DNA of 63,939 nucleotides, filler included, from Sanchytrium tribonematis (GCA_018985235.1; 21 parts of 21 records of this genome joined end to end with filler, not necessarily neighbours in it); one strand, 5' to 3'; shown: positions 53,288 through 63,939, counted from the first letter of the whole stretch. Numbers and translations: made by a program. The notes: generated by a model from the sequence alone, not told the origin.

Positions 53288-53559
53288 GGATATTGTGGGT
53301 TTGTATTGGTAAAATGGATATTTAATTCACTTGGATGGTACTCATATGACATTAACATGATGATATCTTTGTTAATGGCCATTGGTAGCACCCCAAAACC
53401 AGAATAGTCAATGTGTTCACCGATTAAATTGATTCTGCCAGGTGCTCGGATGCCAAATTGTGGGGATTGATTGTATGCCTGTTTAAATTTGGATTGGATT
53501 TCTGCAATGCGCTGTGGGTCTAAATCTGTTGGAAAGACAGTAGGGATAGTTAATGTCAT
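53288..53559 (-). CDS. GAL1: Galactokinase (GHMP family), 3'-partial
   Basis: Signature RAPGRINLIGEHIDYSGFGVLPMAI. Confidence 0.9.
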
Positions 53560-53635
53560 TTGTATCAGGGGGCAAATTTGTGCGAATCATTTGCATGGGA
53601 ACGTGGAAAGAAATATTGGGTGTGTAATCTTAGAT

Positions 53636-54163
53636 TCATTTTATTAACTTAACTGGTCTTTGGACGGGTTTTTTGGATGGGTTTTCACTAGTAGCAACTC
53701 GAGGAATCTCAATTAAACTTGTACCAACACCTTTAAGGAATGACAATAATATCCTCCTTTCAGTCTGTCTTGGAGATGGTAAAGTTGCTTCCGATGCGGC
53801 TTTTCGCAAATAAAATTGTGTCGCTCTTGTGTTAATTGCTACTTTAACGTTAAAAACTGCTTTTTCTGGTAGACCTGCTGAGTTTATTAAAAGTGTGGTA
53901 AGTTCTATAAGATTAGTCGCGCTTGCGGTTCTTACGTAAGAGACAAGTCTCATTTCAAAAACATTATTAATTTCTATGCCTTTTTTTGCCAAATCTTCTG
54001 CAGGTATCTGTAAACTGGAAACTAATTGCTGATTTATAAGAGTGATTCCAAATTTATGCAATATATGATTTAATTTACCCACTTTAATATCCAGCTTTTG
54101 CTGAGCCTCTTCTCTCGAATATAATTTTAATGTGCCAAATATCAGTAAAATAGCAAGTAGCAT
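53636..54163 (-). CDS. Putative secreted basic protein
   Basis: Signal MLLAILLIFG; 175 aa. Confidence 0.6.
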   Translation of the reverse strand: MLLAILLIFGTLKLYSREEAQQKLDIKVGKLNHILHKFGITLINQQLVSSLQIPAEDLAKKGIEINNVFEMRLVSYVRTASATNLIELTTLLINSAGLPEKAVFNVKVAINTRATQFYLRKAASEATLPSPRQTERRILLSFLKGVGTSLIEIPRVATSENPSKKPVQRPVKLIK

Positions 54164-54276
54164 TACAAAGATGTGTCTTTATTATCAAATATATACATTC
54201 AGCCCTGTTATTCCTAAAATTCGAATCACAGCATCTGAAATTCCTGAAATTTAAAAACACGCTGATCCATCAAAAT

Positions 54277-54731
54277 CTATGGTTTATTATCATAATCAAT
54301 TCGAATCTTTCTTTCTTTAATAATCAATTTATCCACATGTTCTTGATAAGCAGCAGTTGCCAATTCCTGAGTCCCATAAGTCACATATCCAAATCCTAAG
54401 AATTCCCCAGATTGTCGAGTAATCAAATTAATATCCAAACAATTTGGAAAATGTCCACTCAAATCTTCTTTTGTCGTGTCATATGGCAAATTACCAACAT
54501 ACAATTTGAGAGATGGCTTTGAAACACTTCTTTTTCTCTCATTTGCAATTTGAATGAATAATTGTCTGCCTTCTAATTGCATCTGTGATTCTTTATTTCT
54601 CTGAATCACTACATCTACATCAGCATCATTCTCCAACTGCACAAATGAAATCCCTTTTGACTTCCCATCTGTTGTTTTAGGAAGATGTACATCAGTAACA
54701 GGCACATTAATCAGTTGCTGGATCTGTTCTG
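54277..54731 (-). CDS. Tandem RRM RNA-binding protein (nucleolin/Nsr1-like), 5'-partial
   Basis: KSKGISFV, LYVGNLPY and GFGYVTY. Confidence 0.85.
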
Positions 54732-54831
54732 NNNNNNNNNNNNNNNNNNNNNNNNNNNNNNNNNNNNNNNNNNNNTTAATTAATTAANNNNNNNNNNNNN
54801 NNNNNNNNNNNNNNNNNNNNNNNNNNNNNNN

Positions 54832-55072
54832 GAAATCCGGAGCTAGTTTCAACACTCGTCATAACTGTGTTTGCGTCGCAATTTACCACTGATGAAGATT
54901 CGTGTCCCCAGAGCGAATTTCCAGTGCGATCGACATTGAGCCCTTCTATTTCACCATTTCCGCAAATCAATTTAAGATCATGTTTGCCATTTTTATATTT
55001 TAGCCCAGTAACAACAACATTTGGAGCACAATTTAATAGTTCCGAAGCATTGATTAATACAAAATGTATCAT
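54832..55072 (-). CDS. Putative secreted Cys-containing protein, 3'-partial
   Basis: MIHFVLINA, with a repeated C..N.V.T unit. Confidence 0.55.
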
Positions 55073-55229
55073 GCGATATTGTTCAAACCAGGCAAGTCCT
55101 TTAAGTAATAATTTTGTTACACAAATGCGTTTGACAATATTGTACTTTACCTTGTGATACCAAAGACAAGCTCAAGCAGTCTTTAAAAGTCTTCAAAATG
55201 CCGCAAGTTGAAGTTTTAAAGTAAAGGGG

Positions 55230-55568
55230 ATGGGAAATAATAAACTAACAAAAAGAAAATCAAAAATAGATTTTGCTCCAAAGCAAAATGAACTCGAACA
55301 GGAAATGCCTCGAAAGCTAAAAGAAATGCTTCAAGCGGATATCAGAAGGAAAGAGCCCACTACCGTAAAAAGGAAATGGACAAATGCTGATTTTAGCAAC
55401 GCCACAAAAAGTTTAAGTGATAAAAAAAAGGAGCAACGAAAAAACTATTTTAAAAAGAAAAAAGACAAAAAGAAGAGAGTGGCAAAAAATGATGACGGTT
55501 ATGTACGTGAAGTGTTTGAGTTTGGAGATATCAGCCATTGTCCACCTGATCTCAATAAATTTTTTTAA
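55230..55568 (+). CDS. CCDC137-like nucleolar protein
   Basis: EMPRKLKEM, a Lys-rich middle and terminal FGDI..CPPDL. Confidence 0.6.
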   Translation: MGNNKLTKRKSKIDFAPKQNELEQEMPRKLKEMLQADIRRKEPTTVKRKWTNADFSNATKSLSDKKKEQRKNYFKKKKDKKKRVAKNDDGYVREVFEFGDISHCPPDLNKFF

Positions 55569-55595
55569 TTTTCTAGTTTTCTGTGATACTCCTTA

Positions 55596-56270
55596 ATGCA
55601 ACAGAGTGGTCAAAATTTGACTTTGGGTAGAACGAAGTCGAAATTTAATCGAGGAGGTCCAGGCCAACTCAGGCCAATGACCGAAAATCCCGGCCAAGGC
55701 AAATTAGTGGGCCAAACTGAGGAAGAACACGAGAAAGGATTTTTTGCTCGAATGGCAAGATCATGTACTTGTAGTTTTTGTTTTACGGATACTTGTTTAG
55801 TTGGCTCAGTAGACCCTGCTGGACGAAATGTAAAAAAAGTTCAGGATTGGAGAGAAAAAGTCACAATTTGTATTATATTTGGTATACTTATGGCGTTTGT
55901 AGCCTTTTTCACCGTAGCTCTACAGGAAGTTTTGTGTCCCAAGGATCAGAGCTCTTTAGACAGTAAAAGTACAGCAGATCAAAAGCTCTTCAATACTGTC
56001 TTTGGTTATGGTTTTCTTATCTCTAGTAATCCTGTTTTGCAAAGCATCAATAAGGATGGATCTGTAAGTGAGCAATTTAGTCGCGACTCTTTGGTGCAGG
56101 CTATCAACCCTGGTGCGTGTAATGGTTTGTCAAATACTGCAGCAACCATGAATTTAGATGGAATTTGTGGAGGCTCTTGTAAAGACTTTAATACATTATC
56201 TCCTAAGGTTAGTAGTGCAACTGTGGAGTCTTTAAGCACCTACGACAATGTTTTGGGTAATAACAACAAG
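55596..56270 (+). CDS. Chitin synthase (division 2, class IV/Chs3-like) N-terminus, 3'-partial
   Basis: Q.WREKV.ICII......FVAFFT......LCP, typical of division-2 chitin synthases. Confidence 0.75.
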
Positions 56271-56370
56271 NNNNNNNNNNNNNNNNNNNNNNNNNNNNNN
56301 NNNNNNNNNNNNNNTTAATTAATTAANNNNNNNNNNNNNNNNNNNNNNNNNNNNNNNNNNNNNNNNNNNN

Positions 56371-56760
56371 CAAAATGGGTCAAAAACTATCAAATCTTTC
56401 AAATGAATTCCAATCTAGCACTGGTCAAGTCAAATACGCGATATTACAACAAATAAGAAGTGAATTAAAAGAGTATCAAGACCATTTTAATGAAAATAAT
56501 GAAAATATTCAAAATTTAGAGAAAGAAATCTTGAGAATGAAAAATAATTTGAAAAATGACAAGGAAATTGTAAATAGATTAAAAACAGCATTACCAGAAT
56601 TGAATCAGAATCATGATTTATCCAGAAAATCATTAAAACAATTGGATTTGGATATCGAATATTTAAAAGATAAACTATTGCTTCTTCAAGGACAGAAATT
56701 ACAATTTGGAGTGGGCGTGGCAGAATATGATTGTCAAGTATCTTTGAGAAATAAATTGAG
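56371..56760 (+). CDS. Coiled-coil protein fragment (3' end uncertain)
   Basis: Heptad-rich open frame. The track ORF continues antisense over the next gene. Confidence 0.45.
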
Positions 56761-56766
56761 TTGTAT

Positions 56767-56994
56767 TTATTTTCCTCTCCTTCTCCTTTTCTTTTTCTTT
56801 TTACAAATCATACCAGATGCAGTATATTCCTGCAAACAATTACTTCCATCAGAAGTACAGTATCCATTTCTACCACAATATCCATATGTATAATCACTGC
56901 AATAATGTTTTATCCCATGATCTTGCATCCCACAAATTTGAGTTGATTGTTGAGGCATTGGTGTTGCTAATATTTGAATTATCACGTGGAACAT
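56767..56994 (-). CDS. Small secreted hevein/CBM18-like peptide with polybasic tail
   Basis: MFHVIIQILA, CG...C...YCG..GYC......C and C-terminal KKKKKRRRRGK. Confidence 0.6.
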   Translation of the reverse strand: MFHVIIQILATPMPQQSTQICGMQDHGIKHYCSDYTYGYCGRNGYCTSDGSNCLQEYTASGMICKKKKKRRRRGK

Positions 56995-57237
56995 GTGCAA
57001 AATAGGTGATGTATCATTTTATTGCTATTTATCCTTTGTCTTTTAAATTAATTGGAGAAGCTAAATGAATTGATTTAAAATTAAAATTTCATTGGAGAAA
57101 ATTTAATAAAAATAATAATTGAATTAGCGCTGCTAATGAGATCAATCGAGAATTTCTAGCTAGTTGACTTAATTGTATATTTAAATCAGTTTAAAAATTA
57201 AAAATGCTTTCAAAAATGTACCACTCCATATCATTTA

Positions 57238-57384
57238 TTAAACGGCAGGTTTGAATAAGTTCGGCTTTTGGCAATAACCCCATCCATTGCACTTGTATGG
57301 TTTAGGGCATATTTTATTCTGATATTTTGGTCCACAAAGTACGATTGCAGAAATAGATTGAATCATAAAGAACGAGAACAACAT
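57238..57384 (-). CDS. Small secreted truncated hevein/CBM18-like peptide (48 aa)
   Basis: ATG 57384, MLFSFFMIQSISA, then CGPKYQNKICPKPYKCNGWGYC. Confidence 0.55.
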   Translation of the reverse strand: MLFSFFMIQSISAIVLCGPKYQNKICPKPYKCNGWGYCQKPNLFKPAV

Positions 57385-57909
57385 AATAATTGGGAGTACG
57401 ACGCTTAAATAGACTAGACGCGCTTTGTAGTTGCATCTGATTGGATATCTTAAATAAACAATGGGTAAACAGATTGATGATATGCGCATACAAATGAGCA
57501 ATTTAAATCATAATTTGGCAAGCAATTTTAATTGGTCCTTGTTATAACTCTAATAAACTTGATGCTACTTTAATTAGTCGTTTTGCAGACAATAGAATTC
57601 CATTAATTAGCTTATTTGTAGAATATTATTAAAACTGTTTAAAAGCAATTTATCATCAATTTCAATGCAGTCAGCGAGTTTAAAATTCAATTAAATTTGC
57701 TTTAAATATATACTGATTTGGTACCAATATAGTCGCAGTTGTGGCATATACGAGCAGCAACGCGTATAACATCATTTTTGCAATCTTTCCCTCCAAACTT
57801 GGAGAAATGNNNNNNNNNNNNNNNNNNNNNNNNNNNNNNNNNNNNNNNNNNNNTTAATTAATTAANNNNNNNNNNNNNNNNNNNNNNNNNNNNNNNNNNN
57901 NNNNNNNNN

Positions 57910-58249
57910 TATTTGGGAATTGGGTTACAACATCATTAAAATGGCAATGATTAATACTCAATTTAGTAGCATGTGGTAAATATGGATAATTTGAGAATAA
58001 TGGCAAATATTGACCCATTAAAATAATCTCTTTTACGAAATTAGAATAATTGATAAATGGATTCTCTAATAAATATCCATATTTAACGTGTTCTATTAAT
58101 CCCTCTATAAATATGAATTTGGAGAATACTAAATTGGCATATTCTTGATAAACTGATTTGCAAATAAAATAATAATTGAAATTTAATGGTAAATACTCGT
58201 ATATATTGAGTATGATTTCTAATGGTAAATGGCTATTGATCAGACACAT
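57910..58249 (-). CDS. F-box (probably LRR) protein, 3'-partial
   Basis: LPLEIILNIYEYL...ICK F-box, then L.I..C..N. Confidence 0.6.
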
Positions 58250-58461
58250 GAAATCAAAGTGACGTGGTCTATTTTATAGTGATTCTAGAGGTCTAAAATA
58301 AGATTGCAAACGCGTTTCATCCGATTAAAAAATCTAATTCAAGTTAACTTTTTCACTTTTAATGCAGTCTTTGCCAGCGCAATTCAAACGAGTATTCAAA
58401 CATCCAGAAATAGTGTGGTGGCTTGTTGTAGATTTGAAATCATAAAATAATTAGATGAAAT

Positions 58462-59346
58462 CTACATTGTAATTTTACTAAAAGTCTTTGTTTTTCGTTT
58501 CTTCTTTCCTTTAAATGAGGTTTGATACGTCTTGAAGATAACCACAGCAAGAACCACAATATCTACAGCCATTTTTAATCCTTGAAATATCCCAAAATTC
58601 ATTTCCATTTTCACAGATTTTCCAGTCCAATAACTCAATGTTGCAATCAATAAAGAGTTTGTCATTGACTTGCTACTAGTGTGCTGTACACTGCTACTTG
58701 CTAATTTAGTTGTCGATGCTTTGGTGACAAAGAATTGCCCTAAATGAATAAAAGTAACGCGTTTTGATGGAAGCACCTAGTGTGACGACTATTTCGCTGC
58801 TAGAATTTATTGATAAGCTATTCAAATTATCAACAGACGGTGCTTGTGCGCTAATAAATGTCATATTTGCTGATATGCTACTCATTGGGGCATCTGATTT
58901 ACTAATTGGCTCTGTATTACCCGTCATCGTATTCTGCAAATTGGCAATTGTTCCTTGAGCTGCTGAAATACTTTTACCAGTCACACTCGTCACTAACAAA
59001 GTCGGATTCGTTGAAATACCTGGATTTGTACTCAATTTCGTGGTAATTGTCATTTGTGGTGGATATATGGATGATTTAAATGGGATGTAACATCTTTGAC
59101 TCCCATTGTCAGCAGTAGCACCAGTCGTTGTACATTTATTAGCAAATGGCATTTTGGAGATCGCATTAGCAATGAGATTACTACTCATAAAACACACCAC
59201 CATACTAGAATAGTCTGCAATTGTGACATCAGTAAACTTGTTACTATTAATATTAATATCAGTGGGTTTTTGAAAAGCAACTTTTCCTTGAAACGAATTC
59301 GAGTCCATATTACAGGATAAGCAAACCAATGTTACATTTAAACAGC
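58462..59346 (-). CDS. Ser/Thr-rich type I membrane protein, 5'-partial, probably two exons (intron ~58740-58758)
   Basis: A GT-AG intron joins ORF 58706-59329 to ORF 58462-58776, giving an ectodomain, TM MAVDIVVLAVVIF and KKKRK. Confidence 0.55.
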
Positions 59347-59446
59347 NNNNNNNNNNNNNNNNNNNNNNNNNNNNNNNNNNNNNNNNNNNNTTAATTAATT
59401 AANNNNNNNNNNNNNNNNNNNNNNNNNNNNNNNNNNNNNNNNNNNN

Positions 59447-59763
59447 TCATTCCATTATTTATACATCCGGTTGTTAAATTAATTGCGCCAATATATTGGT
59501 GCGTATTAAACAAGAGTAATGTCAAGTCTCAAATTATTCCAATTGCCGGAATTATTTTGTTAGAAGTACAAGTCGTCTTATTTTATTTAAGCACCATTGG
59601 TAAAATAGCGACGCGAGAGGCATTTATTCCATTTTTGATTGTTTTGTTTATTCTTTTGATATTCTTGTCAATATCTTCTGCAGTCTTTTTACTATCGCTG
59701 AAAAAGCCTGAAGAAAAGAGACAGCCAATTACAGATCCTGGGCGAATGATTACTGCCAAATAA
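59447..59763 (+). CDS. Multi-pass membrane protein, C-terminal fragment
   Basis: Frame open from the contig start, with 2-3 hydrophobic segments. Confidence 0.5.
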
Positions 59764-59971
59764 TTTAAATAAATCATTAAAGCAAAATCAAACATTAAAA
59801 TTTGCAATGGCATTTATTGACAATTTTACCAAAGGGCGAATCATAAACTTATTTCGGTGCATTCACTTTAATCAGGTATTTATAATGAAGAAATCGCATT
59901 GTCATATTTGTTGCAATTGCACTTGTCAAAATCACAAATAATTCTTTTCCAGGTTGCCCCATTTGTCTCGA

Positions 59972-60879
59972 ATGGAGCACAAACATATCTTAGAATCTTT
60001 CAAAGCACCCATCAGACATGCAATTGGATATGGGTCTAGAATATTTCCACAACAATCTACTATAAACACCAAAAAGCAAATTGATTTTATAATTGGCACA
60101 ACACATGCTGGTCATTTTCACGCAATGAATATCAAGCAATACCCTAAACATTACAGCGCATTAAAATATTTTGGAAGTGATTTTGTAAGTAGGGTTCAAT
60201 CCCAAGGAGCTAATGTTTATTACAACACTTACTGTAAATCGGAATCTACCGAGGATACTTATAAATATGGAGTGGTTACCATTGATCATTTATGCAGTGA
60301 TTTGTTAAATTGGAACTCTTTATTTTTTGCAGGCAGATTCCATAAACCTGTGGTGACCTATTACCATGATGTGCGAGTCTCATTAGCAAATCAAGTTAAT
60401 TTAATGAATGCTGTAAAATTAGCCATTTGCATGAATTTTAACAAATATCAAAAACACACTACACCTGTCAAACCTCATTGGGAGTCATATGTCGAATTCC
60501 CATTTGTTGATTTAATACGAGAAATAGCCATGTTTAGTTATTATGGGGATTTTCGAACTCAAATTGGCATTGACACCTCGAAAGTGGATAAAATGATCAA
60601 TCATCAATTGCATTATTTCAAAACGCTATATCATCCAATCATCAGAAACGGAATGTACGATTACGTCATGATTAAAGATGATATGTTATTTGTAAGAACT
60701 GAACCAAAAATATTAGGCAAACATTTGGTTGATTTGCCGAGCCATTTCAGGTATAAACTAGGAAGAAGACATTTCAAGGCAGGTGGAAAGCTTCATTATA
60801 CTGGAGTTGTTTTGGATGAGAATAAAGTAGCAATGGACATGATAGAAGATGGCACTCGATTGAGAGATTTAAGTATTCT
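59972..60879 (+). CDS. TAM41: Mitochondrial phosphatidate cytidylyltransferase Tam41, 3'-partial
   Basis: AIGYGS..FPQ, IDFI, P.HYS, VYYN, KYGV, DL.NW..L..AGR.HKPV and SY.GDFR. Confidence 0.93.
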
Positions 60880-60979
60880 NNNNNNNNNNNNNNNNNNNNN
60901 NNNNNNNNNNNNNNNNNNNNNNNTTAATTAATTAANNNNNNNNNNNNNNNNNNNNNNNNNNNNNNNNNNNNNNNNNNNN

Positions 60980-61752
60980 TTAAAGTATTTGTAAACAGCC
61001 AATACACCAGTCAAATTTATAAAAATACATTTGGAAGCAAGAATATTCAAGTATTATATCCAGGGACAGAATATATCAAATATACTGGAAATGAATTATT
61101 TGCATTAAATTATCAAGTGATTAGCAGTATTAACAGATTTGAGGGTAAAAAACAAATTCAACGCGCTATTTATGCATATTATAAACTAATAAATAGAATG
61201 AAGCATTCAAATTTGCCAATTTCTAATATTAAATTATTATTGGTTGGTGGATTTGATGTGAATTTAAAAGAGAATTTGACCACATTGGAACATCTAATAG
61301 ATATTTGTAATGAATTACAACTAGATTATAATGTATTCAATGGTGTAGAAGTGTCAGAAATTGATTTATCCAAATCTGTGACATTTATTAAATCTTGCAC
61401 AAATTTGCAAAAACAATGTATTTTAAGCAAATCTAAAGCAATTATCTATACACCCAGTCATGAACACTTTGGAATAGTCCCCATTGAAGCCATGAGTTAT
61501 GGAATACCTGTAATTGGAATGAATTCTGGAGGTGTCAAAGAAACAATTATTATGAAACAATCTGGTTATTTGGTAAATGAAGGGAATTTGGAGAGTATCA
61601 GTGAAGAAATGAGTATTTATTTACATGAATTATTGACAAATAAACAAATTTGGCAAGATATGAGCAGATTCAACAAACAAAGAAAGAAATTCACTGTCAA
61701 ACAAATGATTCAGGAATTGGAAGATGCTTTGAATGAAGTAAAAGTTGAATAA
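60980..61752 (+). CDS. ALG2: Alpha-1,3/1,6-mannosyltransferase Alg2, 5'-partial
   Basis: VNSQYT, V.YP, SINRFE.KK, YTP..EHFGIVPIEAM and NSGG.KET. Confidence 0.9.
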
Positions 61753-61953
61753 ATAAATTGAAATTTGTTTAGAAGCACTAGCAATATAACAATTTTGCTC
61801 TCAATTCTCTAGATTAGTTGTGATTCTGGACAAGATTATCTAATTTTATCCTTCCAATTGTATATTTGCAATCAGATATTTACCTTGCAGTTTATCACTT
61901 TGTTCTGTGATTGGTCTGTAATAAAATAAAGGAAAGTTGTTCCAAGTTTTATA

Positions 61954-62411
61954 ATGACAACTTCCTCACTCTCAAATACTTGCTCCACTGCATATGACGC
62001 TGTGCTCACGTGTATGAAGTCAACTTCTATACCTGATACTTGTTCAAAATGTGCCGATTCAACTAATTCACTTTTGACAAAATGCAATCGAAATGACTTA
62101 AAAAGTGAGACAATATGGCCTATTGCTATTCGCTGCCACAAAGAAGACGACCAAGTGTGTGCTGCAGATCCCAATTTTATTGAACGCACATTGACTTGTC
62201 CTGACAAATGCGCTCAATTTATTTCAAAAATGGTATTAAAAGGAAATAGCACTCAAGAAACAGAACCTGGTCAGAGAGAAAAGGTGGAAAAGTGTGCTGC
62301 ACTATATCAATCTGGAAATGACACACAAAATGACAATTCAACCAATTCTGATGCCAGCTCATCAGCAAATACATTTGTGTATTCAATCTTGACTGTGTCA
62401 ACATTGCTACT
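61954..62411 (+). CDS. Cys-rich extracellular protein with GPI-like C-terminus, 3'-partial
   Basis: About 10 Cys, an S/N-rich spacer and a hydrophobic tail. Confidence 0.55.
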
Positions 62412-62785
62412 NNNNNNNNNNNNNNNNNNNNNNNNNNNNNNNNNNNNNNNNNNNNTTAATTAATTAANNNNNNNNNNNNNNNNNNNNNNNNNNNNNNNNN
62501 NNNNNNNNNNNGGTGAGATGGAATAAACATGTAGAAATGTGGAAATGATGATTAAATAATGGAAAATCATCATTTTATCGTGAAACTTTCGGCCTAGAAT
62601 TTCGAATTTCTCAATAAAATCACATTGGTGACGAGTAAATCCCAAATGATGATTTCTTGAGTTATCAGGTAGAATTAATATTTGTTTAAAAAATCAACTT
62701 TTAAAACGATTTGGTCACGCGATGGACGTTTTTGAGCGATGACGCATTAATCTCATCCAGATGAAATCATTTGGGGAAGCACTTG

Positions 62786-63939
62786 ATGCATCTGCTTTCT
62801 CTAGTTCTCGCTGTTGATATTCTCACAAAGATCGGACAGGAAGATTTAAAGCATAGAAAACAAATGAAGATGAAAATCTCAAGTCAAACAGCTTCCCCGT
62901 TCAAATATTTCACTCAACCGGTAAGCCACTTTCAATCCAACTTGGCAGAGACATGGCAGCAGGCATATTACAGTATCCCGTCTAGCAGTGTATCTGAATA
63001 TGCCATATTATACATTGGTGGAGAAGGACCTTTAAATGTGAGAATTTCTGATGCTGTAATGAGTAGACTAGCTAAGCGACTCAATGCAGTACAATACGGG
63101 GTAGAGCATCGTGGATATGCACTAAATAGTTCATTTCCCACACAATTTGTGACTGCAGATGAAGCCGTTGAAGACTTAGCCACTTTTGCAAATTCGTTTG
63201 GCCCCACCAAGAAATGGATTCTTATTGGAGGTAGTTACTCTGGCTCACTTGTGCACTACACGGTTGGCAAGTATCCTGAACTGTTCCACACGGGATGGTC
63301 AAGTTCCGCCCCATTACACGCAAAAGAAGATTTTTATGAATACGACCAAGTGGTAGCCCGTGCTTTGCCAGAAGGGTGTCGAAAAATGATTCAACTAGCT
63401 GCTATTGAAATGGACAGAGTGCAAAAAGAAGATAGAAAGAAATTTGACAGCTGGAAATTGAACACCTTTCAAACCACAGAAATGAATGATGCCGACTTTT
63501 TATTTCAATTATCGGATGATTTTGCTGGTATTATTCAATATAATTACTTTCCAAGTAGCTATATCAACTCCTTGTGCAATGGGACTGAAATTGTTGAAAA
63601 TAAAGACAGCTCCAATTCTCATGGCTTGGATGAAAATGATGGTGAAGCAGATGATGAAAACGATGATTTCAAAAGCCTCCAATCTTATTTTGGCTTTGCA
63701 TCTGCTAGATTATTAAAATTGAACCCTGAAGATAAATTAGACTCGAAAGAAATAGAAATTGAAAATTTGAAGAAGCGAGAAAACAAACCGGAAAAACAAA
63801 AATTGGACTTGGAGTCATTCATTGAGAAATATCTAGCAATCATCGAGGAGATTAATCAGTCGGAATGGCCCACGCTTTCGATGGGAAATTGGGGCTATCA
63901 GTGCTGCACACAATTTGGTTGGTGGCAGACTGCGCCCAA
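62786..63939 (+). CDS. Peptidase family S28 serine carboxypeptidase, 3'-partial
   Basis: Own translation from ATG 62786: MHLLSLVLA...YFTQPVSHF, YIGGEGP, EHRGY, GGSYSG, KYP, SSAP, W.YQ.CTQFGWWQT. Not in the ORF track because it has no stop. Confidence 0.92.
   Translation, partial: MHLLSLVLAVDILTKIGQEDLKHRKQMKMKISSQTASPFKYFTQPVSHFQSNLAETWQQAYYSIPSSSVSEYAILYIGGEGPLNVRISDAVMSRLAKRLNAVQYGVEHRGYALNSSFPTQFVTADEAVEDLATFANSFGPTKKWILIGGSYSGSLVHYTVGKYPELFHTGWSSSAPLHAKEDFYEYDQVVARALPEGCRKMIQLAAIEMDRVQKEDRKKFDSWKLNTFQTTEMNDADFLFQLSDDFAGIIQYNYFPSSYINSLCNGTEIVENKDSSNSHGLDENDGEADDENDDFKSLQSYFGFASARLLKLNPEDKLDSKEIEIENLKKRENKPEKQKLDLESFIEKYLAIIEEINQSEWPTLSMGNWGYQCCTQFGWWQTAP

Noticed and set aside
1489..62511. 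Regularly recurring TTAATTAATTAA flanked by Ns, resembling a repeat array
   Set aside because: It is an artificial six-frame-stop contig linker. ORF-track proteins ending in X...N or LIN are artefacts.
55..63716. Numerous short ORF-track entries antisense or out of frame to real genes (e.g. 55-285, 2324-2539, 9615-9950, 28831-29133, 62968-63210)
   Set aside because: They are shadows of well-supported genes with no motifs of their own.
1..63939. Alternative nuclear genetic code (stop reassignment)
   Set aside because: Conserved genes read through in the standard code and end at TAA, TAG or TGA at the expected positions. The one internal stop in a core gene (CYT1) is explained by an intron.

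Overview
This window is not contiguous DNA. It is about 21 contigs joined by an artificial 100-nt spacer (N44-TTAATTAATTAA-N44): two contigs of about 17 kb (1589-18838 and 33058-50091) and about 19 of roughly 1.43-1.49 kb. The DNA is AT-rich, eukaryotic and extremely compact, and it uses the standard code. Chitin synthase, complex I, ciliary genes (KIF6, TTC25/ODAD4, MAK/ICK) and a DDRGK1-like gene point, by inference, to an early-diverging zoosporic fungus or close relative. The first large contig holds housekeeping genes packed as little as 2-45 bp apart. Its CYT1 gene needs a 20-nt GT-AG intron, and a second 19-nt candidate lies elsewhere. The second large contig looks like an effector island. 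Its most striking feature is a hairpin-containing promoter, 5'UTR and signal-peptide cassette of about 200-260 bp. The cassette occurs four times at high identity in mosaic form, in front of highly divergent or unrelated secreted mature domains. The same contig has an older fifth family member, a cassette-less pseudogene, six tandem LURP-one/Tubby-like genes with a shared upstream motif, and an atypical secreted-looking kinase. Window-wide patterns include ultra-short signal peptides, CCC/GGG motifs before ATGs and stop codons embedded in AATAAA. All calls come from reading motifs by eye; no searches were run.
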